Assembly: GCA_030167865.1 (NCBI GenBank)
Contig: JALAGF010001848.1
Location: forward strand, 62,001-126,000
Length of the DNA stretch: 64,000 bases
Source of the DNA: Craspedostauros australis
Lineage: Eukaryota
Direction: 5' to 3'
A program made the translations under genes and the position numbers. This document shows, piece by piece, positions 1-12,709 of the stretch; position 1 is the first letter of the stretch, and each line of letters opens with the position of its first letter. Under the pieces are notes generated by a model. That model did no database searches. It was not told the origin of the DNA and saw nothing but the letters and a program-made list of their open reading frames with translations.

Positions 1-1
1 T

Positions 2-1039
2 CAATCCAGGTGCCCACATTCCCTCAACACGATGCACCACCTCGCCGACGCCCAGCCCCGAGAATCCAGGAGACGATTCGTTGCGTGACAGCTTGCCCCT
101 CAAACACACCACGCCTTTGTCGTATGTCCTCGACGGAGGCGGCAGAGGGCCTTCTGCAGCAGCGGCAGCAGCTGTGGATCCTGCCTTGGTGGAACTACTG
201 GTGCCTCCACTACCTCCGTTGGCAGAGTTGTTGTTGCTGGGACCACCGGCGCTTGTTTCGCCCTTCTTGGGTGGCGTGGGAGTTGGTTCGTAGCGCTTGC
301 GCAGTATGATATCGTACTGGCTGTCTCCGTGCTCACTTGGCTTAGCTGTGCCGTTGATACGGAAGATGCCGAACTTATTGGTTCCCTTGCCATCCACATT
401 GTACACCGTGCTCCCGTTCTCCGCGCCTGGCTGCTTGGTGAACACGATGTTGACTCCGCGTTCGTTGATCACCTTGCTGCGTTCCTTCTTCTTCCCGCTG
501 GACCTTTCATGAATGTAGGCAAGGCTGAAGGAACCGTGGAATTCCCCGTTCTTCGGGAAGTCCTTCGGGTCCTCGTCGGGGCCCAGCGTTCGGAGCAGCT
601 CAAAGCGCTGGGCAGGAAAGGCGTTCGAATTCTCGTAATTCCAGTTTCCGCGGATGAGGTGACGGCGCATGACTAGATCGTACGAAAGGGTGCCACGGAG
701 GACAGGAGGTGGTGGCGGGGCTGCTGCTCCTGCTGCTGTCCCTGCGGCACCACCCGTGCCCTCCGTCTTTGGCTTCGCAGCATCCGTCGAGCCTCCGCCA
801 GCACCAGCACCAGAACCTTCGCCTGAAGAATTGTTAGCCGACTCGGTACCGTTTGCCTTTTCCTCATTCTGCTTGGTGTCTCCATTCAAGGCCTCGCTGG
901 CGCTGCTGGTGGCAGTGGAGTCCGCGGCTTTTGCCTTGGATGATGTTCCATTGGGCTTGGGCTGCGTGGAACTCACATCCTCCATGACGACATCCTCGCT
1001 CTCTCCTCCTGCCCCCGACTTGGACTCTGTTGCGTTCAT
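2..1039 (-). CDS. Uncharacterised protein, N-terminal part only (runs off window edge); disordered N-terminus followed by a tandemly repeated globular domain
   Basis: Absent from the ORF track because there is no stop before the edge. Manual translation from ATG at 1039 is open for 346 codons: MNATESKSGAGG...PPPPPVLRGTLSYDLVMRRHLIRGNWNYENSNAFPAQRFELLRTL...GEFHGSFSLAY...VDGKGTNKFGIFRINGTA...YDIILRKRY...PLPPPSRTYDKGVVCLRGKLSR...VHRVEGMWAPGL. The start codon is provisional. Confidence 0.75.
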   Translation of the reverse strand, partial: MNATESKSGAGGESEDVVMEDVSSTQPKPNGTSSKAKAADSTATSSASEALNGDTKQNEEKANGTESANNSSGEGSGAGAGGGSTDAAKPKTEGTGGAAGTAAGAAAPPPPPVLRGTLSYDLVMRRHLIRGNWNYENSNAFPAQRFELLRTLGPDEDPKDFPKNGEFHGSFSLAYIHERSSGKKKERSKVINERGVNIVFTKQPGAENGSTVYNVDGKGTNKFGIFRINGTAKPSEHGDSQYDIILRKRYEPTPTPPKKGETSAGGPSNNNSANGGSGGTSSSTKAGSTAAAAAAEGPLPPPSRTYDKGVVCLRGKLSRNESSPGFSGLGVGEVVHRVEGMWAPGL

Positions 1040-1169
1040 TGGTTGATTCTGGTGCGTCTCTGACCCCATGGTGTTCTATCAGAGCGCGTTGTTTGCAAGC
1101 TGCTGGCAAACCCTTGTTGATTTGCGCGTGCAACTCTTGGGATTGAATTGGTGGCAGGCAACGTTTCAA

Positions 1170-1233
1170 CACGCTTGCTCGTACGCTTGCTCGTGCTCGT
1201 ACTCTTGCTCGTGCTCGTACTCTTGTTCGTGCT
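1170..1233. repeat. Degenerate tandem repeat (CTTGCTCGTGCTCGTACT-like, 6/18-nt period)
   Basis: acgcttgctcgtacgcttgctcgtgctcgtactcttgctcgtgctcgtactcttgttcgtg read directly. Confidence 0.7.
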
Positions 1234-2675
1234 GAAGCGAAACCAAACTCAAACTGTCGTCTCTTGACCAGCTGTCCTCGTCACACCACTGTGTTTTGGA
1301 AAATCTGGTCTTGTTGCTTCCTCGTTTGCGGCGAGGTGTATCCGCACAGTGTTGGTGTGGTACAGTACAATACGACACGACACGATACGTTGCGGCTTCG
1401 TGTGACTTGCTGCGTGTTTGTCCCGTGCGACCTGCTCTGGTCTGGTGCCCGAACGTGGTCTCTTCGTTTGCTGTCGTGTTTGTGTAGTTGCTGCTCCCAC
1501 AGTTGCTGCTCCCACAGTTGTTGCTGCTGTTCCTATTGGACTTCCGCGGCAAGTACCGTCTCTGCGCTGCTCAATCGTTGCTGCTCCACTCGATTACTGC
1601 TCGTGCTGATTCTACGCTGATCCTGCTCCCTCTTGTCTCCAGAGTTGCATCGTTCGCCGCCGATCTTCTTCTTCGATGATGTCGTTGATGTCGTTGTCGT
1701 TATTGATACCGTTGTTGCTGTTGCTGTTGCTGTTGCCGATGCCGATGCCAGAGAGAGACCAGCTGGCGAAGTGATCAATGGTGAGTGCGATGTCCGTTGG
1801 CGACGATGATGACGGAGATATAGTGATGATGCTGGGTTTTGGTCGTGCTCCTTGCTCTTCGTGCTTGTCCTTCCTCGTCCCCGCTGTTGTGCCCATGTTG
1901 TCAGTCGTTGTTGTCGTGGTGGTTGTCGTGGTGGTTGTCGCTGCTGTTTCGTTCCGCGTGTTGCGCTGTTCCTTCTCGTTGCGACATCTGCGAATTTTGT
2001 GGCGTAGACTAACGGTAGGCTCTGTCGTACCACGAAATGACACGACAGCCACAAACAGGACACAATTGCAACGTTTTGATTGGTTGATGGTTTTGCATGA
2101 TTGGATGGACCGGGTGGACGCGAGCGTGCCACGTATGGCACGTCATGTCATGTGTCCGTACTATATCGCACACGACGTCTGTTTTGCGAATTCAACGGAA
2201 ACGGACAAAGAAGCGAATAGAGTGTCCTGTTCAACCACATCGAACACCGATATATTACAGAATATAAGTATTCTTCCGCAAGTACCAAAAAGTCAGTATC
2301 TGTTCGACTCATATGATCACACTGTCAATCGAAAAGACGGAACCACAACCAGCCAACACTGATGCGGCAATCAACTTTTTTGCTGTTTTGTTGTCTCACA
2401 TTTCATCGTTTTGGTGGCCGGAGCTTGCCGGTTTCGCCACGAGCGACGTTCTTTCCCCAACCTGTGCTCTTTCCATCGTTTGGCTCCCTCCTCGACATCA
2501 TCATCATTGTCATCATCCACGCCCACACTTCCACCTACACCTACTATACATCAAAAACTGCATCAACAGCAACATCAACAGTATCAGCCCGGATCAGTTC
2601 AGAGTTTCATAGCGTAGCATTGCGGAATACGGCAGTGCACAGCATAGAACAGAAAACAGAAAGCAACAGTAAACC

Positions 2676-5170
2676 ATGGTCGTGAGCGGCATCGTGCTTC
2701 CGCCGAAGGAGATCCGGGCCGTCGCCGATCGCACGGCCAAGTTCGTGGCCAAGAACGGGAGGGCATTCGAGGCGCGCATCCTCAAGGAAAAGCGTGCCAA
2801 GACGCCCAAGTTCGCCTTCCTGCAGCCGACATCTCCGTTCCATCCCTACTACGAGGACAAGATCAAGTTCTACGAGGCCGGTGGCAAGGACGAGGATGAG
2901 GCCGCGAAAGCAAAGGCAAAGGCCGAGGCGGCCGAAAAGGAGAAGGAAACGGCTCAACAGAGCGCCAAGGACAAGGATGCCGACGTCAAGATTGCCAAGA
3001 AGCAGAAGGCCAGCGTCATTGACCCCATCGCCAAGCTCCTCCTCAAGCAGAGGGAGAAGGTGATGCAGCAGCGCAAGGCGAAAGAGACCAAGGATGGTGA
3101 CGCCAATGCTGCTGCAGATAAGGATGATGCTGCTGGTGCGGATGCTGACGATGCAAAGCCAAACCCCAGCCCAACCGAGGAACAGACCGTTCCCAAGAAA
3201 CCGCTCAAATTCGACATGGTGGATATTGTGCCACCCGCCAGCCTCTCCATCCTGCAGATCGAGACCATCCAGCTTGTGGCACAGTTCACGGCAATGGATG
3301 TGAAGGGCGGACCGTTCCTGCATCACCTCTCCATGAGGGAGTGGAACAACTCCACCTTCGCATTCTGCCGTCCTCGCCATGCGCACTTTCCCTACTTCAG
3401 TGCGGTGGTGGATGTGTACCGCGGCATCTTGAAGAATTGGACGGATGCGCATGATGTGAACGATAGCAAGGACAACAAGGATGCCAAGGATGCGACAGAC
3501 ACCAGCACGGACGCCACGGTCCAATCCCTCCTCGAGGAGGTGGCATTCACCGCCGAGTTCGAGCGCCATCGCAAGATGCAGAATGAACGTGAGGATGGCG
3601 AGCTGTCCGCCATAGATTGGCAAGATTTCGTGGTTGTGGAAACCATCGACTTTGCCGTGGATGAGGTCGTCACGCCGTTGCCGCCTCCACCACCTGTGAC
3701 TGGTGCCAACGATGGCGCAGCCAAGAAGTCATCCGGAGACAGCGATGGTATGGACGAGTCCGACGAAGACGAAGAAGAGGCAATTCGTGTGGTTCCCAGC
3801 TACACGCCGAAGGTGGTGGGAACTGCCAACGTCCAGGCCGCGCGTGCCATCGATCCCATCACGGGCAAGAGTGTGGCGGTATCCGACCTGCCCGAGCACA
3901 TGCGCATCCAGCTCTTGGATCCCAAATGGGCCGAAGAACGCAAGAAATTCCAAGACAAGCAGAAGGACTCCAATCTGGTCAGCGACGATGTCATTGCTGC
4001 CAACATCTCCAAGTTCACAGCTGGCAGAGAGGGCTCCGGCTCCAAGACGGTGAGTGCACATGCAAGCGCGATTATGATTGAGTGCATTAATGGTGAAGAT
4101 GGATATGACTGCGAAGACAAACGAGAGGGGACGCGTGCTTTCCAATGTGTTGGCGTTGAGGCGACTCCATGGTTGTTTGCTCTGTCTGTATGTGGTGCAA
4201 GCATCTTTACCACAAGTGTGAAGATGATTGCAATTCTGGGGTGCACTCCTCTTGACCTTCGAATCGGTCTTGAAATAGAATGAGCAACCCGTGCATCATG
4301 CCCTTGCAATGTGTACCCTACCATGCCATACCCACAGGATACTCACCTCTTGCCAATGCATCTGTTTCTTTTTGTCTCCTCGTTCTTCTTCGCATGCAAC
4401 TCTTCCAACATGCTATTCCTACTTCCAACCAACATTATCGTGCAACGTTCATTCGCCCTTCCCTCATTCTTCTACTTTACTTTGCTCTGCTCTGTTTCAC
4501 CGTGCATTCTGAAATACAACACTCTTCGCAGGACGCCTCCGCATCCAAGAAACGGTCAGCTGAACCAAGTCTTCCGACCCCTGCCATCGCACCAACCATG
4601 CCCCCGGCTGCCAACCCGCAAGCACGTGGCGCGGGCGCAGGCAGCGAACCAAACACAAAGAGACAAAAATATGACCGAACGAGCGGCAACAACAATAGCA
4701 GAGGCACTGGGGCCGGAGCTGGAACCGCATCTGCTGGTCGCAAGAAGCCATATCGTGGCCCTGCACTATTGCTGCCAGGCGCCCTGCCAGGCGAATCATC
4801 GGATAACGCGGTTCCGCAAGCAGCGGCCCCACCGGCGCAAAAGAAAGAAATAGTATCCGCCGAGGAGTTCGCAGCGTCATTGGATTCGCCGGATGTGACG
4901 CTGCAGATCCGCATACCGAACGATCCATCGCAGGCGGGCTGGAACTTCTTCGGGCAGATGCTTTCCGTGACGGTGCCCGTAACGTCGAAGGTGCTGTCCG
5001 TGAAGGAAGAATTGTCCAAGACCCATCTGGGTGACATGCCACCGAAGAAGATCCAGCTGAAGGATCCCTCCAGCGGTTTCCTGGGCAACAACAAGACCCT
5101 GGCCAAGCTAAACATTGGCCCCACCGCGACATTGGAGATGGTTCCAAAGACCCGCGGAGGACGGCGATAA
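2676..5170 (+). CDS. SF3A1: Splicing factor 3A subunit 1 (Prp21), ~670 aa, 2 exons
   Basis: Exons 2676-4049 and 4532-5170; phase-0 intron GTGAGT...TCGCAG. Contains two SURP domains (ADRTAKFVAKNGRAFE...KFAFL; IQLVAQFTA...FAFCRPRHAHFPYF), IDWQDFVVVETIDF, PITG...EHMRIQLLDPKW and a C-terminal ubiquitin-like domain ending RGGRR. Confidence 0.93.
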
Positions 5171-5761
5171 GACACTGGCATACGCAATGCGACCCCAGCA
5201 GTGCGAAGAGTCTCGGTCGTATAATGGATCAAATCATGATGCATGACAAAAGGAAGAACAAGAAGAAGAGAGAGTCAATGCTGTCCACTGGATCAATTGC
5301 CTACGATACTAGTTCAAGTTACCAAATAGACAGAGATTGAGTTGCGACGTAGGGATCCTTACGCATTGAATTGGTACTATGACATGTGCACCTCGCCCTA
5401 GAGCGAGAGACAGATCTTGGCAAGAGCTTTGGACTCGGTTTCGGCGTGAAGTCATGTGGTATCTTGGAAATGCACACAATGCGTACGGCATCGCATCACC
5501 ACTTCAATACTCCGGTCGAATCCGTTGGCAAACTCACACGTCTTCTCTCTCTCTAGAATGAATGAGATTGCTAAGGTAGAGAAGAGTAAAGTTGAGTACT
5601 ACAGTGGAATGGGTGTCTTCGGCGATGAGAGAGGAGTATTCGTAAAGTTGGAAGGTGTCGTTTGCGTGATGATATTGTTCTCGTGGTTCGTACTCGCAGA
5701 GTATTCTACGTTTGTACTCTACTGGCACTAATACGCCGTGCGAACACCGTGCCTAGTCGGA

Positions 5762-7281
5762 CTACTTCTTGGCACGAACGATGATCGGGACGACGACGAC
5801 AAGGACGATGAGGAGGACAAATCCACCGAGCATGAGTGTCATCTTCAAGTTCTTCCATCGCATCTGCTTGCGGAGGTCGGTTGATCGCTTCTTGAAGACG
5901 GATGCCTGCTCGTTGAGCTGGTCTGACTTCTCCGCCAGGTTCTCGGCCTTTTCCGTGTTCTTGAGCATGTTGGCGATATTGTCCTGCATGGTTCCCTTGA
6001 CAGCATCCACCTGGCCAAGCAACGACGATGTCTTGTCGACGTTGGACAGATCGGCGTACTTGTCGCAGACTGTCTGCATGAGGGTCTTGGACTTCTTGGT
6101 GAGGCTGTTTTCCTCGGCGGTCTTGACGGCGTCTCCGTGCTTGCCCGTGAATTCCTTGTACAATTCTGTCAGCATCTGGATGGCGACTCGTGATGGGTAC
6201 TGTGTTCCTGTGATGACCGCGCAGCCTGTGAACGATCATGTAGTTGGTATGAGTGGCGGTGACAATCACAATCATGTTCGCAGTTGCGGTCGCAGTCAAG
6301 TTGAGCAGAAAGAAACGAATTGAATTCAATCCACAGCATCGGCAGAGCATTTATTTCGAATAGAGTGCGGAGTGAAAGCAATCGTTTCCATAAATGCATG
6401 CATGCATGGATGCAGCGCATCCGTTCGTTCGTACATGAAGTCATTCGGTTGCACGAATGTGTTCACCATGACAGATCAACATGAGGGAACGTCAGTAGAT
6501 GAGTGATGACAACGTTGATCATGAATGATGCCAGGAAAGTCGGAGAAGAGAGCAAGTAATATCAAGAGGCGTGTGAGTGCGGGTGGCCAATGCTGTTTGT
6601 CGAAAAGTTGCATCGCACGGTATGGATCGCAAAGCAGAGCGGAAAAGATCCAACGAGCAACGCCTGCTCGAGGAGTATCATGAACAGACGTTGGTGATGT
6701 TCATGGTTGTTGCTCGCAACAGCAGTTGCAGGTGCTGTTGTTATTGTTGTCCCAGGAAGAAGGAGGTCCCTGTTCGTATTGGTGTCCACGATCGTGGTGG
6801 TGCTGCCCAGCGCTGCCACCAACGATTCGCAAAAGTGGAAGCGAAAGGAATGGCGACAAACATCCAATCAAGCAAGTAGTCAAGCAAGCAACCAACAGAA
6901 GGCACGAATGAAGCGAGATAACCATCAAACAGGTCAACAAACACGGAGAAGTGAGTGCAAATGCAATTGCAGATGCAGGAACGTACAGATGGCATCCATA
7001 TCCGCGCCGTAGACCACCTGGTGCTGGTCGGACTGGACGACCTTGAAGCCGCCGATCTCGCCGGACGAAGTCAAGCCGCTGGGTGGGTCATTGCCGATCA
7101 CTCCGGCGACGGCATCCGCGTAGGAACCGTCACGGCCGCCGTAAAGAGAAGCGTCATTGGCGGATCCAGCGTGTGTCTCGTACTGCCCGGCATGGTCGAG
7201 CTTCGCAAGCACGACGGCCTTGGCACCACCAGTGTTTTCGATGCGGAAAACAAGCGCGCAGCGGAGTTTGTTGTCAGCCAT
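5762..7281 (-). CDS. Longin-type R-SNARE (VAMP7-like), ~252 aa, 2 exons
   Basis: Exons 7281-6987 and 6225-5762; a phase-1 intron GTACGT...TCACAG joins to ...DAICCAVITGTQYPSRVAIQML (longin-like). A synaptobrevin coil (VDAVKGTMQDNI...LNEQASVFKKRSTDLRKQMRWKNLK) and a C-terminal transmembrane helix follow. Confidence 0.88.
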
Positions 7282-8406
7282 TTTCGTTTCTTGTTGTGGT
7301 TGCTAGTGTGGTTGTGTTGATGTGTTGATGTGTTGTTGCTGGTGTGATGACTATTCCTGGAGCAGAGTATGACGAGTGTGTGCGGACAGTATTCTATTGT
7401 GCCACGAGTCTGCTTGGCTACGTTCTTGGTCGTGGTCGTTGCTGTTGCGCTTGCAATTGGGTTTGTAGTCGTATGGTATTTGTGCTCTTTCGTTTGTGTC
7501 CGATGGGATGGCCGAATGCGCGGCCGCGGCGATTTTTAGATTTCAATTCTTGTCCCAGTCTTCTTCCTCGTTCGTTGCTGGTTGCGCGTTGTGCCGTGTT
7601 AGATTCGTTCCCGCCAACAGCAACACAAACGATCGAGAAACAATGCCGCGCACCACAGAACACACGATACAAAGCGAACAAGATCGCGCAGTGTACCTCG
7701 CGCAGCCCCTGACAACGGCTACTTGCCCAAGGTACAAGCCACGACATGACACAAAACAAAACTCAAAACAAGGATTCCACCATGTGGCGAACATTCGAAT
7801 GCGCAACAGCGCGCGATGCTGCGAGTAACCAAAGAGCGCGGTCATTATCGACGCAGTCCTGCGGGAATTAAATGACTCATTTTGAGATCGAACTGATCGT
7901 TTCGGTCTATTCGTTGTGGCGCTGTTTCCCTGTCCGATTGGATGGGTGTGTCCTAACCGCCATTCGATGCGGTCACCGCGAAATGCCAGCCACAAACTGT
8001 CTGTGTCGTGGTACGACACGTTGAATTGATTCTGGGCAGTATTTTAGCGTTGAGTGTCGCAATCGCGAAACCCCGTGCGCCAACAGAACGACCGCAAAGC
8101 TCCAACGAGGATCTCTCCACGCTCTCCGCCTCGACAGGCCAGATTGACCAAGAGAGACATGCTCACGCCTTTGTGCCTGTTTGGGTAAACGAAGAGGTCA
8201 TCCACCAACAGAGAGAGGGAGAGACAAACACCAACGACACTACCAACACAGAGCATTGACAACAGCATCAGCATCACCGGCCCCGTCACAGCTCTCCTTC
8301 GCACTGCATTCATCGGACCTCTGCTCATCTGTGACCCGTGATAGCAAAAGTCAACACAAGCAACCAGCAAGAACTAACGACAAGCAACGAGCAACGAGTA
8401 ACAACG

Positions 8407-10986
8407 ATGGTGGGTATCTGTCGACGGCGGCAAAGGATCGACAATGACGGCAGAGGTGACGGTCGCGATGACGGGTTGGCACTTGGAGACTGCAACTTCA
8501 CTCCAAGTCCCGCGAGGGCAGGATCTCAACTTCGGCAACACAAGGCAAACCCAAAGGCGTTGCCAGCATGGCAGCAACTTTATCGCCACGCCGCGATACG
8601 ATGCGGTCATTGCTCTCATGCCGATCCAAGTTGGCGGTAATCGGCTTTGGTGTTTTGGGTGCCTGGGCTCCAACGGCGCAGCATCTGCACAATGACCGTT
8701 GGCAAACTGCCTCTGATGCCCGTGGCATGCCTTCTCCATCAGCATTGTCATCATCATCATGTGATGATGAACGAGAGCAGAGAGAGAGATTGCGCAGCAA
8801 TGCGCGACCAGAGGCAAGCGCATCGGATCCATCGATCATTGGATGGATTCGCAAACGCGTCCAACCACCGACAAACAAATCTCTCCAGAGAGCCTTGTTG
8901 AGAAACCCACCGAAATGCCAACAGAACGCAAAGATCCAGCCATCGATCAAACCCTTGCACCAACAACCGCAGTCGCAGCCAGATCAAACCCAATCAAATC
9001 AAACCAATGACTTGTCATCTGTACACGTTCATGTTCATGTTTGCATCCACATACCTTCTCATACATGTTCACTCCAGCCTGATCTCACACATCATCTGCC
9101 TCCACTCATTCCTCCCTTCCTTCCATGACTGCAACCAACCGATGTCCCGTCAAATCCTTGGTTCGGTGGTGCTCTCACACTCTCTCTCTTCTCCGTTCAC
9201 GATTTGTACCTTGTACCATCCACCCTCCGAACATAACACAACCTGAACACACGATCAACCAACCAACGATGGTCGCCACCACCATAACAACAACCACAAC
9301 AACAACGACCACTCCATCTTATCTGCAATACAACTCAACACAATCGTCATCTGATATGCGTTTGCGACAATGCAGGTGGTTCTTTCAGCTTCAGTGTGCA
9401 CGCGGCAGGGCAAGGCGCTGCTGTCCCGTCAGTTCGTCGAGATGAACCGTCTCCGTGTCGAGGGTCTGCTGGCCGCCTTCCCTAAACTCATCGGACATGC
9501 CAAGCAGCACACCTTCGTGGAGACGGATGCAGTGCGATATGTCTACCAGCCTTTGGAAAACAACCTCTACTTGCTTCTGATAACCACCAAGGCATCCAAC
9601 ATCGTCGAGGATCTGGGCACCCTCCGTCTTCTCGCCAAGGTCGTCCCTGACGTCGCGGGGGGTCTTCAGGAGCATGTCATCAGTGATAGCGCGTTTGATC
9701 TCATTTTTGCGTTCGACGAGGTGCTGGCTGCTGGGGGGTATAAGGAGGACGCCACGCTTTCTTCCATCCGCAACAACCTCATCATGGACTCCTACGAGGA
9801 GAAGATCGCCATCGCACAGCAAGAGGAGAAGGAACGGGCCGCCAGAGTCGAAATGCAGAAGAAGGCGAAGAGTTTGCAGGACGAAAAGCTCAAGAACACC
9901 TTCGGCCAGGGCGGTGCTGGCATGGCCCCCGGACGCATGGAAGGCTTCGGTGGCGGTGGCGCACCACAGGCAGCCGGTGGCTTCATGGACCAGTTCAACC
10001 CCGACGCCAACGGAGCCGTGCAGCAGCAGCAGGAATACGACCCATACTCATCACTCCAGCAATCGGCACCTGTTCCCGTCGCACCGAAGGTCATTGCCAA
10101 GGGCGGTATGAAGCTCGGTGGCGGTGGCTCTGCTGGAAAGCAGGGATCCTTCATGGCTGCCATGGCCGCGGAAGACAACCTCCTCCCCATGGGCGGCAAG
10201 GGATCCGTCGGAGATGCCTTCAACCTCGGAGCTGCTGTGGCCCCACCGGTCGCGGCTCCATCCACTCCGCTCAGCCTGGTGCTTGAGGAGAAGCTGACAT
10301 GCACGATGACACGGGAAGGATCCATCGAATCATGCGAGGTCAAGGGAACCCTCACGCTCACAGCCAACACCGAGGCTGGATCTGCTGCCGTCGTCTCCGT
10401 CAACAAGGCGCAGATGCCGGGGACTTTCAAATTCGCCACACACCCGAAGATCGACAAGAAGGTCTACGAGAAGGACGGGGTGTTGTCGCTCAGAGGCGGC
10501 AAGGCATTCCCAGTCTCCAAGCCCGTCGGTATCCTTCGCTGGGCTTACGGCAACGAGGATGCTGCTCCGTTGTCTATCAACTGCTGGCCTGAAGATGAGG
10601 GATCTGGCACCGTCAATGTCAACATCGAGATGGAGCTCACCCGCACCGACATGGTCCTGCACGATGTGAATATCCTGCTGCCCCTCGGAACCACCGACCC
10701 GCCGGTCATCGCAGAAATTGATGGCCAGTACAGACACGACCCGGCATCCGGCATGATGTGCTGGCACTTCGACACGGTGGATGCCAACACCAACTCCACC
10801 GGAAGTCTGGAATTCTCCATTGCAGGAAGCAACCCAGAGGCCTTCTTCCCCGTCCAGATTGGATTCCGATCTGAGACCATGCTTTGCCCGTTGCAAATCA
10901 CGAATGTTGCCAACAGCGCCAACGGAACCGCCGTTCCAAACCAGACCACGAGAAGCTTCACGCCACAGAGTTACCAGTGCATTTAG
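8407..10986 (+). CDS. ARCN1: Coatomer subunit delta (delta-COP), ~537 aa; probable ATG-only first coding exon
   Basis: Main exon 9376-10986 carries VVLSASVCTRQGKALLSRQFVEM, HTFVETDAVRYVYQPLE, SNIVEDLGTLRLL and a mu-homology domain (FATHPKIDK, PLSINCWP, GSLEF). Proposed exon 1 is ATG 8407-8409 followed by GTGGGT, with acceptor TGCAG ending 9375. An unspliced start at 9370 is the alternative. Confidence 0.92.
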
Positions 10987-12709
10987 AGGATGCGGTGTCG
11001 CACCCTCTCCCGCCTGGCGGTCGTCCTTCAAGCATGATCCAAGCACCAGCGAACTTTGTGCTAATCGTGCCCCAATCGGCGGTTGCATTGTAAAAACTCC
11101 CGAACAAAGACTGCAACCCAACGAGCCTTGGTCGATCATCTACGGTTAACTCTCCCAAACATCAATCCTCCACTCTACTCCTACTAAATGATACAAACAA
11201 AGCTGAGTTAGCTTCACTTCTGTCCCTACGAAATGAGCCGCCCCATCATCGCCCAGGCCATGGCAGCGTCGGTTGCTTCCACCGATGCTCCCCTCTTTCG
11301 TCTGCCCTAGTGCAAACGAAAACAAATGCTGGTTTCCATGTCTCGCGTATGGAGGTTACATATACTCCACGGTAGTGTACCATTCACGAGGCTGCGGCTT
11401 TGTATTAGCACAAGTGTTCTTATCCTCGTTCTGCTTTTGTAATCGCCGCAGAAGGATAGCATTGGAAAGAAAGGAAGGCATACTTGCTTGAGACACGTTG
11501 GACTGGCCTCTGATGGAATGTGCTGCAGTACTCTGCAGAGCATAAGGAGTACGTTACCCGCATGCATGGGGCCTTACCCGCGACGGTTGTCTACCAACTC
11601 AATATTTGCACGCATTATGGAATACTTGAGAATCTGGAGTACTCCACTTCACTCTACTCTGCTCTGCTCTAATGTATACATCTGGGGAAATTCCATGCGC
11701 GTGGTGCATACTCGCAGCGTACGTTCTTTCTCTTGCTCAATCTATTGGTAATCATCTGTTGGAGTGTTCGTGGAATTCACCGCGTTGGTTGCAACGCTTC
11801 TCCATGTTTCTTGTTCTAGTTTCCGTAGTGACTGTTCGGGACTGAAACAGTCTCATCCAATCGATCCAACAGAGTTCCCGTTGTTGTCGCTGTTGTTGCC
11901 TTTCGTTTTTGTGCTCGAAGGGGGAGAGCCACGCGCTGGTCCGCACGAGCCGAGAGTCGCACCGAGAAATCGTGTTTGTGTCGAATCGATAAATTCTGTG
12001 TTGTGCGTGTAGACTGTGTGCAAGGATTGGTCTCCGAGACGACAACAGTGGGAGAACACACGCCCACATCGCCATCGACATCGACATCGACAACCCCCTT
12101 CGGTCGTCATCCCTTGACGCAAAAGGCTTGCATCCGAGCAACGGTCCGCACAATACGGCAGGCCATTGCAGTGTGTCGATCATATCAACATCATATCATA
12201 TTATACTCCTCGGGAGTAAATCGCATCGCACCGCATTGCTTTTGCATGGGGGGCGCAAGAGAGGGGACCGGACGATCGATTGTCACGGAGCGGGACTCTC
12301 AGAACAGAGCCCTTGCTCTCCATCTTTCTATTATACTTGCTGGTTACCATCAGCAGGAGGTTGATCGGTTAATCGATCGATCGATCGATTCGACCATCCC
12401 TGGCCTTGCTGCTTGATTGCTGGAGATTGAAGGCGCATCCTTGCTTCCGGAGGCAGCACATCAAAACAAAGTTACTGGTGGCGCTGGTGCTGGCTGCCGG
12501 GTTCGTCGAGGTGGGCAGTTGGAGCAGAAATCCACACCAACCAACGGAATCTCCATACTTCCATCATCACCTTCATCAGGATCGTCAGGATCAACCGACA
12601 TCTTGAGACCACAACGCGTTGCAAGATCTGCGAGTTGAGCAGACCTTCTTGATCTGGATTCAAACTTAGAGAACAGAGGCGCTGACGGCTGCAAACGGCG
12701 AGCTCCGTC

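Noticed and set aside
12371..12390. Perfect 20-bp palindrome AATCGATCGATCGATCGATT
   Set aside because: It is simply a (GATC)n microsatellite, which is self-complementary by nature.
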